From Octopus bimaculoides (lineage: Eukaryota), in contig NC_068984.1 in the NCBI RefSeq assembly GCF_001194135.2, positions 43,631,118 to 43,695,117 of the forward strand: a stretch of 64,000 nucleotides of DNA, read 5' to 3'. Shown here piece after piece: positions 12,161 through 26,719 of this stretch. A program made the position numbers and the translations under genes. Position 1 is the first letter of the stretch. Each line of letters starts with the position of its first letter. The notes beneath the pieces were generated by a model. The model saw only the letters and a list, made by a program, of their open reading frames with translations, was not told the origin of the DNA and made no database searches.

Positions 12161-14877
12161 CCTGGTTTTGAATTCTGCTTAAATATATTTCACTCCACGT
12201 AAATTGCTAATATCTTTGAGAAATGCATAACTATCCACAATATCTATCTTAAATTGAGAAATGACGAGCTTTTTGAAAGAAAAATGCTATGAAAATTAGC
12301 AGAAATAAACAGTTACTAAAAAGTATTTTTCTTTAATTATAGAATGATGTAAAGTAAACAGGTTGCCCCACAACCTCACCAAAAGACGAATCTCTGATCT
12401 TCGATTCCCGGTTCAAATCATTTCATTTCTCTTTATATGGTGTAGGCTGTCATTGCTCTTGGGGAAGGCAAACCTATCATAGCTTCTTATTGCCTTCCCC
12501 CTAGAAGTGCGAGGCCTCTCATTTAGGCAAAAAGAAGAAAAAAAATCAATCAATCATTAGAATCTGAAAATGAACAATCAAACAAACACTGTACAAAATA
12601 AATAAATAAACGAACATAAAACGGAATTTTAAATAATATAAATTTAATTGCTATGTTGTTTTCATAGGAAAACAAATTATAGCATGATTATAGTAATTGT
12701 GAATTATAAATTAGTGGCAGTTACTAATATTTATGCTTTGTTAAAGAACCAAAAAATAACGATAATCTTATTTACTGGTGAAGGTTATTATATCAGAGGT
12801 GCTAAACATCGATTGAATTGCAGGGACATAAAATAAAACAAAATAATTCAGTGAGAGCCTGTATAGTTAGATGAATAAATACATGGTACAAAATCATCAC
12901 CTTTAACTAACTCCTGCAGAGTTACAGTAGTTGGGCTGAAAGCTGATCAGAATTAGAGGAAAGGTCGACAGTTCACATACTGTTAATGTTCCTGGTTATT
13001 GTCTGTGATGAAGATAACCTTTATGGATCGGCCCATTTACCAGTTAATAGACGTGTTCGTTTTTAACATTTACACATGAAATTTACCAGCCCTACAGACT
13101 AGTGAAACTGATGAGGTAAATGATCAGTTTTAAACACTTGTTACGTGACGTCTACAAAATAAAAAAAAATCGTGGGCTAAGTGAACTTTCAGATGGTTCA
13201 AGCTTTCAAGAAAGAAACCATTAGGGAAACTTTAGTGTAGGAATTCCGAATCATGGAAGAGCAGAGGTGACGAGAGAAGAAAAAACGGGTATAGGGAGGA
13301 CATGGGTGGAGCAAGCAGTTGTGCAGGTAGCTAATTCGGAGAAGCCAAGCAAATTCAGAGAAGCCCATAGAAGAGGCAGATAAAGAAGAACCAGCGAGCC
13401 TGTGAACTAATGGTTATAGTGTATTAGATAAATTTCAACTCATTGTCGCTGTAAGTAATGAGTGCATTATGTAATTCTTTATCTCAATTATGAATTCAGA
13501 TCTTTCTTTTCCTTTTGGACCTCGGCAAAGGTAGCAGGATGTTCTAGTATATACGCGCCACGTTCTGCTGACATAAGCTCAATCAATAGGAACTGAAATT
13601 TTGTAACAGCTTCTGCAATATGACGCGACGGAAAAGTGAGAGAAGAAAGACTTCTAGTTAAAGAATAATTAATTGGTATTAAAAGCAAATAAGATAACAA
13701 ATTTCTAATTGGCTTCAGCTGAATTCTTTACGACCCATCCTTAAATTTTGACATCTCTCACGCACAATGTTTTCCCATTTTGACAGAACATATCCTTTTC
13801 CCTATTTTTGTCCCTTACAACACAACGTAACTTTAACAGAATTATAAGAAAACCAAGAAGGCATGTAATCGAAATTTAGAATTGGTACAAGTCCACTCAT
13901 TTTTAAGGAAAGTATATTATATGAAGTCGATCTCAATTCTTAATTTGTACTTAATTTTCCTAACTATAGAAGAATAAAAAGGCAAAGTTTACTGCTGCGG
14001 GATTTGAAATAAGAACGTAGAAACTAAATACTGCAAAGCATTTTGCCCGAGGGCTCTAACGATTGTGTTACTCCACAGCTTAAACAGCATATATAACTGA
14101 CATATATTAATGTCTGTAATGAGTTGTATGTGGCATCTAACACTTAATGTTTATTATCGTTACAATACTAATGGTCTGTCGAAAGTTAGAGTTAAGTACT
14201 ACAACGATTATAAATTAAAAACTTTGAAGAATGACTGATATTTTGATAATTTGAAGCGATGACAGATTCATTTCGCTCCGACAAGATTAGTTCTCAGAAC
14301 AACATAATATCAAGTTTATATCGCTATATCATAACTCTGCACCTTAATGGTCCTGTTTGATATATGCAGAAGTTTAAACACTATTAGCCTAGTGACCAAT
14401 CAAAACGATAGAGTTTCTACTTATGTAAAATTTCAGCTGTTCGTATTTTATCAACAACACTTTGTTGTTATTTAGGGGTCATTTATATACATCTTAATTA
14501 GTTCACAGCGATGTGAAAAGATACCGAACAGTAGTTAGAAACAAGGGGAAGGAGTACTGTATAAATGACGAGAATTTCTATTGTCTTGCAGTGTTGGGTT
14601 AACGTCCTATGATAACTTGGAGACCGGTGCTTTGGCGATGTCTTCAAATGGTGACACTTTGATCAATTGGCTACAAGGCTGTTAGATATTATTGCTTTTA
14701 GACAGTATGATGGGTATACTGGAAATCATGCACATTGTATATATTTCTCTGAGGTTTGTTGATGAGCCATTTATTGAATTTTGTAAAATGTGAAGAGTAA
14801 AAAAACAAACGAAGCCGTTCAAGAAATATCTGTATTCTTTTTTTTTAACGTTGATACAAGGTTATATATTAATAAAA

Positions 14878-15015
14878 AGGGACTACAGTCGACTGAATCG
14901 ACTTCGATACATCTATTATTTTATCTAAGCAAGATACATGATATTCAACGTCAATCTCGGTGGGATTTGAACTCAGAAACGTGAAGGGACAGAACTAAAT
15001 ACCACGGAGGCATTT
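14878..15015 (-). mobile_element. SINE family A, degenerate
   Basis: gtcgactgaatcgac...attttatc...tctcggtgggatttgaactcagaaacgt...gaactaaatacc (box B reverse complement). Confidence 0.6.
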
Positions 15016-16972
15016 CAGCGCACAACGCTCCCCAGTTTCGACTTTCCATTTATTATAAGTCATTAAATTATGTACCAGAATTATATTTGGAACCTTAAAC
15101 ATTAAATTTCTTTTAGATAGGCTTATGTGGATGTAGACATCGCTATTAAATGAAACTTTCACGTCGGTAGAAAGATTAAGCTTTTTTCCTTTCTTCGAGG
15201 ATAAAATTCTTTAAAGCATGCTCTCAACTCATCAGATGATATAACATTCGGAATGACTGCCTGAGTTTACCTACAATCAGAAGAGAACAAAACTGTGGCA
15301 GCATTCATGATGTCAGTGTTACTTTGGGGATTTTGTCAGGTGCAATAGAGAGCTTCAAATGAATGCAAGTCTGAGTAACATTATGTTCTCTCCGTATAAT
15401 GTCAGCTTGGTTTGCTTTAGAACCTCTGCCTACAAGTGTTCGTTATTAGTATTACACATGGAACTAACGTTAATAGTAGAACTAGCAGACTTGCAATATG
15501 TACATCATGCGAACTGAACTACAGCAAATCCAGATGAGACCACTGCAATAGCAATCTACTTGAGTGAACGAACGAGCTAATTAAATTGATCAAAAATGTA
15601 TTAGCTGTTCCACCAAAATATCATAGAAAATTATTCCTCCTGAGTTAAATGTTACCAATTGCTTGATCATTGTTAAAACGTTTTGTGATTCATTTTGGTG
15701 GATTTTCCAATTGTTTAATAGCTCAACTAAGAGCTGCAGTTCTTATTGAATCTGGTAGTACATAGTTTTTAAGATCATTTCCAACTATAGATTGTACAGT
15801 ATTTTTTTAATGACGATTTGTAGTTGGTTGTGCATGGCAAAGTTAAGCTATAGGTGTAGGATAATTTTTTACTCTTTTTCTGCACGATACTGTATGACTT
15901 TTGTCATGTTGATTTGGTGATTATGCCACTGCTGCTGTGAATTGCATGATGAAGAAGCTTAGGAAATTTTAGAAAAGTAGTTCATCATCTTTATTGAAAA
16001 ACGTGAAACTGCAGCCTCTCCAACGGTACTGCTACAACCTGCATAAGCTCCAGAGACACAGCTTCTCTGGGAAGCAAGCAAATATTTTGACGTCCTAGAA
16101 TGAGGTACATCTCTGACAGGAGCTGCCAGAAATTTATGTACACTACCAAACTTCTGCATCTAAAAGTCGAACCATTTTACAAACCTGTCTGTAAGCAAAA
16201 ATGGTTCCTCAGTATAATCCGGAAAAAAAGACATGAGAAAATATATGTTGCTTACGTGTCAACATGTGTGGTTCAGGGACCGTAATTCTGGAATTTACTG
16301 TCCTAGATACTTTCCCGTTATGTCATTAGTGATGTGTGACGTGTATTCAGGTCAACATTATATAAGTTGTTTCACAAATTTAAATTAGTGATAGGTGCGT
16401 ATATTGTCTACGTATAAGATAACAAGTTCATGAAAAAGCCTGTCTGTATATCTAAATATACGAATCAACATAATTTTGGATATCTGTTAGCCTCATGCTA
16501 GAGGCAGGTGTGGGAGTAGATCATGGTCATATATTCATATAGTTATGGTCATATATTCATATAGTTATGCTCAAAAAGTTAGAAACATTAGAAAGTTAAA
16601 GTGAATTATAAGAAACAGAAAATGAAAGAGCAAGGGAAAAAACTTGATGGTATCCTTCTTGTGGAAGGATTTCATTTATAGCAGAGCGGCTCTCTAAGAT
16701 GGTGTATGATCCAGAAGTTGAGCTCTCCAAGTGATCAGAATGGATTTGTCCGCAAGTGAACCTCTCGTAAAGATTTCATTTCGAGAGTTAAGGCAGTCCC
16801 TGGAGATATTAAAGCAATGTAAAATTTGTGCTTTTTTTTTGTTAGATAGAGCAGGCGCTTAGTTTCGTTTATATAGGCTTTTGGTTCTTCTCATACTCTA
16901 CTAGTTATTTCAGTCTTTCCTTCATGGCCTGCCAAATGTATTGGATGTCTGCTTGTCTGGATGCTTCAAACG

Positions 16973-17010
<38 letters not shown>

Positions 17011-17138
17011 CTCTAAAATCTTCACTTCTTATATGTCATCATCCATGCGTATCTAAACTTTTTCCTTCACACACACATACGTACACACACAAACACACAC
17101 ACACATGCACACACACACACACACACACGCACACACAC

Positions 17139-17193
<55 letters not shown>

Positions 17194-19019
17194 TGTACGA
17201 AGAGAGAAAAGCAGAAGAGACGGCTAAATAATAACCGGCGTAAGGAATGTATTTATATGTTGTGTATACAAAAGATACAATGTAATTAAATCTCATCTTT
17301 ACAGTTGTTTCGGATAATCGGTGACTGGTTGCTAAAACGATTTATATTATGCAATGACCTCGGAAAGCACTCCATAAATTTAATGAAAATTATAGCCTTT
17401 CAATCTCTTTTCGAAAATAGCATTAAAATAATTAACTTTTTAGCAGTCACTCTAATATTAAACTCAGGTTTATATTATTCCTGTCATAAACCTTATGAAT
17501 CCGTACATCATATTAATATGCAATACAATCACCTTAGATCTGTTTTAAAGTGTCGTCATAATTATTTCCATTAGGATGTCTACCTTCTCTACTAACGTGG
17601 ATATTTTCAACAATCATGTTCCCTAGTAAACCGAGCTCTCCTTGTGGCATTTCCGAGAAAAATTTCCTAATAAAGCCAAAAACGAAACTAGAAAGTATAA
17701 CGGAGAATGTGAAGTGTACTATTAGCATTAATAACACAAACACTGTGGATAATACTTCTACTAGAGAAGGTAGCATAAACATTTGTAATAATAGCAATTG
17801 CATGCGTAGTGAGAATACCATTATGACAACAATAATCTTACATGTACCCCATATGAATAATAATAACAATAACAACAAACTAACAATAATAATATCGATC
17901 TTGACGCGACAAATAGTTTATCGCGAGTACCCTGCGATAAGAGAGGCTTAGAGCAACCTAATTCCCTGGCAACTTATACCCACCACCTCAAAGCTGAGAG
18001 TATTCTTTACTACATCTCTTGGTCATACCGTGCCTGTAATTTATATGCCATGAGTCCCTTGGAATAATAAGTGCGAATGAAGATTTCCTCCTTAATCGCT
18101 TCTCTGACGTAATTACCGCATGTCCTCATCATTATTACATTCTTTTTTCTTATTAGTATAAATCATTAAGTTCTGACCGAACTAGTTCAGTCTTTTTATT
18201 CTCTTCTTTAAGCCCTTGACTTTATTACACTTCTTCCTTAACCATCGTTAGTTATATTTCGCTACACTTAGAGATATTCTCATCGTCTGCACATTCCACT
18301 GGTGTTTTTCTAATTTTCTCTCTCTGTTACTAGTGCGTCGCCTTTCTCCTGCCTCACTTTTCTCCCTTTCGTATAACCGATTTTTACACTCGACGCGGCT
18401 GACATCCTTATCCTGTTAGCGTTTTGCAATTTCTTTTTTCTTCTTACCCATCCCCGGTCTACTATGATTTATGCACTTCTTTTGGAAATAGCCGACCCAA
18501 CCTGATCTTTCTCACTCTTAATATTTATAGCTATCGAGTTTCCTTTTATCTTGCCTGCCTAGCCTCTTTATCACTCTTAATCTAATAGCCAATGTTTACT
18601 TCTAGTGTCGATAGCTGGCTTCTTACAGCTGATTCACACTCACCTACTCCACCCTTCCTCTTCTCGTCCTTCCCTATCATTATACATATCACAATAACCC
18701 CTCCTCTAATTTCTATCATTCTATTTTTATTGAAATTATATGTATTTATAAACAATACTCTCCCTCTCCCCTCTCTCTTTCTCTGCTAATCCATTTGCTC
18801 GTGTCTTCTGGTGAAGATATTGTGATTTGTTGCACAGAGTCTATAAAAATCCTTGCTAGTTGTTACATCTAAAATATTAATTCAATATTAGTCTTCATTG
18901 CATAATGTACTTGTTTTTAATATCCATTAACGATTATCCGAAACAGTTGTAAAGACACGGATTCTTCTACTTCCGGTGACTGTACCTCCTTTACGTTACC
19001 ATTTTATTACCAATTCTTT

Positions 19020-19046
19020 CTATATATATATATATATGAATAGTTA

Positions 19047-19077
<31 letters not shown>

Positions 19078-19185
19078 CGTTCAAAAAGCGCATAATACAA
19101 ATACAACTAAGCACAAACAAACAGGACAAAAGAAAAGATATACAGAAGAGAGCCAGATCCTCTTCAGTTATCGCCTTTATCCAAA

Positions 19186-19253
<68 letters not shown>

Positions 19254-19469
19254 ATAAGCACACGCACACACATACACACACGTATACGCACATATATTAC
19301 GTTAATTTCCAATTACAAACCTCAACATATATGTGTGTGTGTGTACGTGTGCGTGTGTATGTATGTATGTATGTATCTATCTATCTACACACACACATAT
19401 ACACACATACATGCTTACATACATGCATACATACATACGTACGTATATACATGCATACATACATATTTC

Positions 19470-19505
<36 letters not shown>

Positions 19506-19515
19506 NNNNNNNNNN

Positions 19516-19546
<31 letters not shown>
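19020..19546. repeat. Compound (TA)n/(TG)n/(CA)n/(TACA)n microsatellite field
   Basis: Seen directly; includes a 10-N gap at 19506..19515. Confidence 0.97.
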
Positions 19547-19548
<2 letters not shown>

Positions 19549-20117
19549 GAAATACAGTTAGTTTACTTATTTCGTCCATGGTTCAGAGGAGAGGTGTCAT
19601 GATATTTTTATGTGGTAAATATTGAATTTCTTAACAAATGAAGTTGGTTACATCATGTATATCCTGCAGCTATAAAATACTTTACATAGTCATCAATATT
19701 TTTGTTTTCAATGATGTTATTGAGATAATTACTAATTGGCATTAGCAATTTCTTTAAATTTGAATTTGGCGCCATTTCGGCAAAAATGTTATTGTTTGGA
19801 CTTTGCTTCTGTTTTTGTAATGGTATCGAAAAAATATATTGGAAAACGGTTAAATTTAAAGTAGTCATTTGTATTTTTTGTATATGTAGTTGCTGTTATT
19901 TCTTTATGGTTTGTAATTTATAAATTAGTGGAAGTTATGGGAGAAAACCTACGCAAAATTCATATAAAGAGTTGCTTAGGTACCAATTACATGGAAGGAA
20001 ACTATCTTTTGATGATTGTTGTTATTTTCTTGTCAACGTTAAGAACAACAATCGAAATAAGCAGTGGGAGTGGATACAACCTGGCTAAAATCATTAAAAA
20101 CACCTTAGTATGTAGTT

Positions 20118-20285
20118 AAGAAAATTCACTTTGCAACCACGTAATTTTAGGTTCATTCTCACAGGGTTACATCACGGGTAAATGTTATTTACTATAGTCT
20201 CGGGCCAACTGATGCTTTGTGCGTGAATTTGTTGCACGGAAATTGTTTGGAAGCTTGGTTAAGTGTGTATTGTAAATGTATATAT
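20118..20285 (+). mobile_element. SINE family B copy
   Basis: aagaaaattcactttgcaaccacgtaattttaggttcattc...ggtaaatgttatttactatagtctcgggccaactgatgctttgtgcgtgaatttg. Confidence 0.6.
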
Positions 20286-21890
20286 ATATATATATNNNNN
20301 NNNNNNNNNNNNNNNNNNNNNNNNNNNNNNNNNNNNNNNNNNNNNNNNNNNNNNNNNNNNNNNNNNNNNNNNNNNNNNNNNNNNNNNNNNNNNNNNNNNN
20401 NNNNNNNNNNNNNNNNNNNNNNNNNNNNNNNNNNNNNNNNNNNNNNNNNNNNNNNNNNNNNNNNNNNNNNNNNNNNNNNNNNNNNNNNNNNNNNNNNNNN
20501 NNNNNNNNNNNNNNNNNNNNNNNNNNNNNNNNNNNNNNNNNNNNNNNNNNNNNNNNNNNNNNNNNNNNNNNNNNNNNNNNNNNNNNNNNNNNNNNNNNNN
20601 NNNNNNNNNNNNNNNNNNNNNNNNNNNNNNNNNNNNNNNNNNNNNNNNNNNNNNNNNNNNNNNNNNNNNNNNNNNNNNNNNNNNNNNNNNNNNNNNNNNN
20701 NNNNNNNNNNNNNNNNNNNNNNNNNNNNNNNNNNNNNNNNNNNNNNNNNNNNNNNNNNNNNNNNNNNNNNNNNNNNNNNNNNNNNNNNNNNNNNNNNNNN
20801 NNNNNNNNNNNNNNNNNNNNNNNNNNNNNNNNNNNNNNNNNNNNNNNNNNNNNNNNNNNNNNNNNNNNNNNNNNNNNNNNNNNNNNNNNNNNNNNNNNNN
20901 NNNNNNNNNNNNNNNNNNNNNNNNNNNNNNNNNNNNNNNNNNNNNNNNNNNNNNNNNNNNNNNNNNNNNNNNNNNNNNNNNNNNNNNNNNNNNNNNNNNN
21001 NNNNNNNNNNNNNNNNNNNNNNNNNNNNNNNNNNNNNNNNNNNNNNNNNNNNNNNNNNNNNNNNNNNNNNNNNNNNNNNNNNNNNNNNNNNNNNNNNNNN
21101 NNNNNNNNNNNNNNNTATATATATATATATATATATCACAGGGAAAGCAGAGAATACCTTGTCACAAATTTGGCATTTGGCATAAACATATGAACTGATT
21201 TAAACTGAGACCAAAAAAATGAGCATTCTCAGACAACTGTAAAATATGATAGTTGCTTTGTAGAGTTGAGAATCAAGCGAAGAGAAATAGCTGACCCTCA
21301 TGTGATGGAGCAACCCCGCCAAAGGAAAACAGATAGATAGATGGTAGATGTAGGGAAAGAGTAACGTGTGTTTGTGCTGTTGTAGTTTTGAATAATGGGA
21401 CATTATGATAGCGTTTGCAATGATTGGTTTTGATAGAGGCAATACTTTTTTAAGGAATCGAAATCGTTGGAACTTTGACGAATGAAATAAGATTTATGCA
21501 TGCATTTGTATATGCAATTGTGTGTGTATATATGTGTGTGTGTGAGTATGTACACGCACACATAAGTAAACTTAAAACTTGCAGGATTCTGTTGTTCTAA
21601 GAAGAATGTATTTAAAACTGATTTTTCAACTTTGCACTAGAAACATGTTGCACGAAATCAATATCATAGGGGTTTCTTCGCAAAAGATCAAGATATATAC
21701 CGATTGCAACGTCAATGAATATCGTTTAAGATATTCGTTATATTCTTATGTGATGGCTGCTTGTCCACGATTATTTTTAATCAGCAGCAACAGTGGGCAT
21801 TCATGCTTCCACTAGAAAGATTTTTGTCTGGATAAAGGAGTCTTGTCTATGTATTTAGTGTGTATTTGTGTAAGTGTGGGAGAATATGTA

Positions 21891-21928
<38 letters not shown>

Positions 21929-22504
21929 AAAAGAGAAAGAATTTGTGTTCATAAGAGGAATGTTGCGAAAGGTAAAGGATGAGGCAAAAAAAAGCATATA
22001 CGTACATCGTTATTAAAGTATCTTAAAGGCAAAAGGCAAACAGAAATACACATACAATCATTTATACCAACACACACAAAGAGAGAGAGGCAGACAGACT
22101 GAAAGAGAGAGAGATGAGCAGAGAGAGAGAGAGAGAAGGAGAGAGACAGGAAGACATATGAAGAGGGGAATAGATAGAGATAGGGTAAGAGCTTATTTTT
22201 ATTAAAACTGAAAATTTCTTGATGTTCATCTTCATAAAATCAAACAGTTAAAACACAATCCTTTATTCTGACTCTTTCAGGAAGGGTTGAGATTCTTTTT
22301 GTTTTTATAAGAATATAACTATTTTTCTAATAATTCAACTCTAATATGTAGAAGACTTACACACTTTTAGTCTGAAAGATCGGTGGTGTTAAATTTTTTC
22401 GGCTTGAAAGTATATCACATTCTAATTGGTATCACTTCGATCTAATCCAGCGTAATTATTGTTTTGTTTTTTTCGTTTCTTTTAAGTTTAATAATCCAAG
22501 TATT

Positions 22505-22640
22505 GAAGAGTAAGGAGTAAAAGCATAGATTGTCTTGGGGCATTCGTTTCGGTCCTCTGCACTCTGAGATAAAATGCCATCGAAATCAACTTTGACTTAA
22601 TACTTCTGAGATCGATAAGTAAAGTACCACTCACATACCG
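22505..22640 (+). mobile_element. SINE family A, degenerate
   Basis: ggcattcgtttcggtcctctgcactctgagataaaatgccatcgaaatcaactttgac...gatcgataagtaaagtacca. Confidence 0.5.
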
Positions 22641-23119
22641 AGATCGATTATTCTGTTTATTTCTCGCTTTTTCTTTCTATCTGAATCTCTCTGTGGAAGA
22701 AATTGACTGTGGTCAAAACTAGAGAAGGATGGGCTCCCTCAAATTTGATAACGTCCAAGATGTCGCATGCCGTGACAGCGACCTACGACTCCATCAGGAG
22801 TTTACGGCCCTAGTCTAAACCGTTCGGAAATTCAAGTTCTGTTTCCCTTCCTTATGGACAATCATTCTTGCTCTCCTTCTCTTGAAGTCAACAAAGTTGA
22901 TTTCCCGTTAATGGATACTTCTAGTATGTAGTAGTCGTGATGAATCTCCATCGTTTCACAGTGAGAGTTCAAGTGTTCAATTAGCTGAATTATCTGCGCT
23001 TGAATGGAAGCGTAAGTGGCGGAGCATTCTACAGACACGTATGCCTTTATAAAGTGATTCTCAGGCAAAATCAGTGTGACTCACTGTAGTACAAGGTTGT
23101 ACTTTTTAAATTACTGGTA

Positions 23120-23282
23120 AAAATCCATCCGACAGACTTCTATACAGTTTCCGTCTATCCACTTTCACTCAAAAGTTATGAGTCAACCCGATGCCATAGA
23201 AAATTATGCACGATACCACACCATGGGAATGGAACCGTGACCTAATGTTTGCAAAACAAATTCTTAACCATTCTGCTATGCT
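23120..23282 (-). mobile_element. SINE family B 5' half
   Basis: cagtttccgtctatccactttcactcaaaag...gtcaacccgatgccatagaa...gggaatggaaccgtgacc...caaattcttaaccattctgctatg is the reverse complement of the family B head. Confidence 0.6.
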
Positions 23283-24518
23283 ATACGTACACACGCATTG
23301 CATCAGCGGTTTGTATAAATAGGGCTACATCTTCCTATGTAATATGTTCTAATTTGTGACATCAGGATGTGATTGAGGGAAATTTACTTACTATAACTAA
23401 CTGGTTGGGTATCCACGCAGAAGTCTTCACTGATTAACTCCAGGTAAACTTTGTTATTTTTCAGTCGTTGTCGAACGAAACTACAATATAAAATCCTGTC
23501 GTTTCTAATACTGATAGAATAATTTATCAGAATGTTAAACTTCGTTTTTGACTTCATGAGCTCACACAGATAGTAAAATATACATTCCACATATTTGTGG
23601 CATCGTAGATGATAATAGTGTTCAACTGGTGCTAACTTAATCGACCCCGAAGGGATAAAAGACACAGTCGACCCTTTAATTATTAAGTTCATAAATGCTT
23701 AGACTAAAGGCCTTATCATAGCAAATTTCGTGCTTCTACGCACTGAGTTCGTAGTCTTGGGTTTTCATCTTTTGCAGGGTCGAAGCGATATTCCGAATAC
23801 CAGAATATGCCAGGATAGATTTTATCGACTATGTGCTCCTGAGATATTTGCAGCCTTATTAAAACATGAAGAATCAGCAATATATATTATTCTCTAATTC
23901 TCTAAATGTTCTCAGATTTTAAAATGCCACTGTTTACCAAAACATCGTTTGTCTTTAACTAATTGACCGTTCTCATAAACTGTGCAGTGTTGTCGATATG
24001 CTCCAGAGGTGTATAGAAATATTTGAAAGAATTACTGCAAACGAAAGTTAATTGAGCTGATGGCGTTCAGCAAAGGAAGGGTACAAGCAATCATTTAGAT
24101 GGCTGGCACTCAGAAATAAGTCAGATGTCAATTAGCATTTATATATAAAAAATAACAGCTGTTAAGCTCTAAAAAATCCACGATAACACACAAAGGAAAT
24201 AAATGACTGTTGAAAAGCAAAAAATTTCTTTCTTGAAACAAGTTTATCATATTTACGCCATTAATGACTTTGGAAATGACACGAATATCACAATTTCCTA
24301 TTTTCTTCCTTTCAAAACTGCAGGGCGTTTATGACTGATGAACAACATGCTATGTTAAATAAGGGCTTAAAACTGAAAAAAAAAATATACAATGTTCACT
24401 TTTCTACTTGGTAACTTGTAAATAAAATGTTAGCGTTAAAGTGAATTTTCTCACGTCGACAGTAACTATTTTTAGGTAATTTCACAGAGAAAACCATATA
24501 TATATAGGGTATTCCTTC

Positions 24519-24572
24519 TTAGTCAGAGGTGACTCAATGACGTCAAGAGAGGTCATAGGTCTTATTACATAA
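24519..24572. promoter_or_regulatory. Candidate enhancer: clustered AP-1, CRE, nuclear-receptor DR1 and PAR/C-EBP-type bZIP motifs
   Basis: TTAGTCA 24519..24525, TGACTCA 24530..24536, TGACGTCA 24538..24545, AGGTCA-t-AGGTCT 24550..24562, TTACATAA 24565..24572. Confidence 0.45.
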
Positions 24573-26719
24573 GTTCGTCTAGCGTTAACTGCACATTGAA
24601 TTCTTTGTTCTAGTGAGCTTCAGAAAATTTTAGGTTATCCGACTTTTAGGGTAATGTTAAATAAATAAGTAGTTTTTGAGGGAAGTGGTATTAGTAGCGT
24701 TGGTGGCGATTAGAAATCATAGAAGTAGCAGTTTGAATAAATATATTGAGCTGTGCCTGTAGAAAACCATTGACAATTCTATCTATTTCTTTTTATAACT
24801 TTTAAATTGATTTCCTATTAATACATCGCTTAAAAGTTTCTTTTAACTCAATCTGTTATATCAATAATAAAAAGGAAAATATAAAATACTATAAAACTTC
24901 AAATGCAAAAGTAAATATACAAATTTGGAAGGCTGATGATAAATCTGTGACAGAGCTTTTGGTATTCATTCCAAAACTTATCACTTCAGATTTTGATATC
25001 AGTTCTCTGAGGAAAAGCCAGTAACCCACTCATAAGAATCAGGTTTATACAAAAACATCCACAAAACCACATAAAAACAGAATGTTTCCTACTACAAACA
25101 CACGCCTTCTTTACTACGAAATCACTCCTCCCTTTCTGTTCTGCAAGATAACCAAAACGACTGCGACTATTATAAATATTGGCTACCAATATTTATCGAT
25201 AGAAGGGCGGATAATGGAGCAGCAGAAATACAAGCGAGCTGGGTTAAATGCCTTACAATATTTAGTTACGTCTCTTTAGAATCCTGAGTTTAAATGTCGC
25301 AGTGGCTGCCGTTGCTTTGTTGCCTTTCGAGGATCAATTAAATAAATATTAATTATTTGTGATGCACTAGTTACAAACACACCCTTGTAACTCTTTCAGT
25401 ATATCAGCAATACAGTGAATCAGAAACTGGTCCACTAAATCAGAAAATTGAATAATTAGTTTTGTTATAAAATAAGTAACGAAGTCGATTAGCTACTCTT
25501 CTCTCTAGAATTTGTAGCCCTGTGACAATGTAATAATTCGATATTTATCCATCAAAGTAACTCCAGATAAACCGAAACTACAATGCGGTTCCAATCCCTG
25601 CTTGAATCAGTTTCACTTTAATTCCGCTAATAATGCTCTTGGTAAAGGCAAAAACATCATGATCTTTATTTCCTTATCCCAAGAATATGGGTGAAAAGAA
25701 ACTAATATTTAATCACCGGTGAAGTATTATGTACCATAAAGTAAGGGATATGTAGTTTCCCGTTAAGTAAAGATTGCGACACAGTTTCATTTCTTGATTG
25801 AAGCCATATCTTTTCAATACTGATGTAAACATAGCTGCAAGTTTAAGAAAGTCCCTTGACCGCTGCGTAGTTTTGGATTCAATCTCACTGAACAGCACAT
25901 TTGACAAATGTTGTTTTTCATAGCATCGGGTCAACCAAATCTTTGTGAGAGAAAGTGAGTTGAAATTTTATGGAATCTCATCAGAGTTAATGTTCCTTTT
26001 CTTGTAACGTTGACTTAATTCATCGCTCGGTTTAACTCTCCCATCTGCTACTTGTGTGACTTTAATATAGCTGTCTCTGCAAGCATTCTGGCAAGGTTTA
26101 TGTCTGAAAATTATTTCCTTTTCTTCTCCCACTCATTGAGGACCCGAAAAGTGTAACAGGGCCATGTCCTTTCTCCGACTAAGCCATATAAAAGCAGCCA
26201 ATGATTCCCAAAATTTGTTTCAGAGTACTATTCTGTAACATGAGTTTTTATATTTAAAACTGATATATATATATATATATATAATTAAATTTAACTACTG
26301 CCAGTGAGCGACAACAAGAGGTAGATTTTTATGTTACAATCCTATTTCTTTGAATGCATACTTGTGTCTAAGAACCTTTGAATTGAACATACAATTAACG
26401 TTTCTTTAGCAAAAATGAGTCGTACATAAAAACATTGATAGTGAACAAGCGATCTATAAGATCACTTTGAGAGCGTTGAATCCTCAATTCTTGTAACAAT
26501 ATTAGACTGGGAAAAAACCCTCACTCATGTAAAACCTGAGGCTCGATCAGATTTTGATTGTCTCAACCTATATTGGGTCACTGGGAGGTTAAGTTTTTCT
26601 CTTTGATCAGTAGATGCAGTTCAATGCATATCTCATTCACAGTAACCAATTTCACGCATATAAAGTATTTTGAACCACAAATGGGCCGTTCAAAAGTGCT
26701 CGTGGTCGCAGTGGCAGTC

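Noticed and set aside
15780-16320. Possible piggyBac transposase remnant (AAVN-like and Cys-rich fragments)
   Set aside because: Needs several assumed frameshifts, and no TTAA-bounded TIRs were found; not supportable by eye
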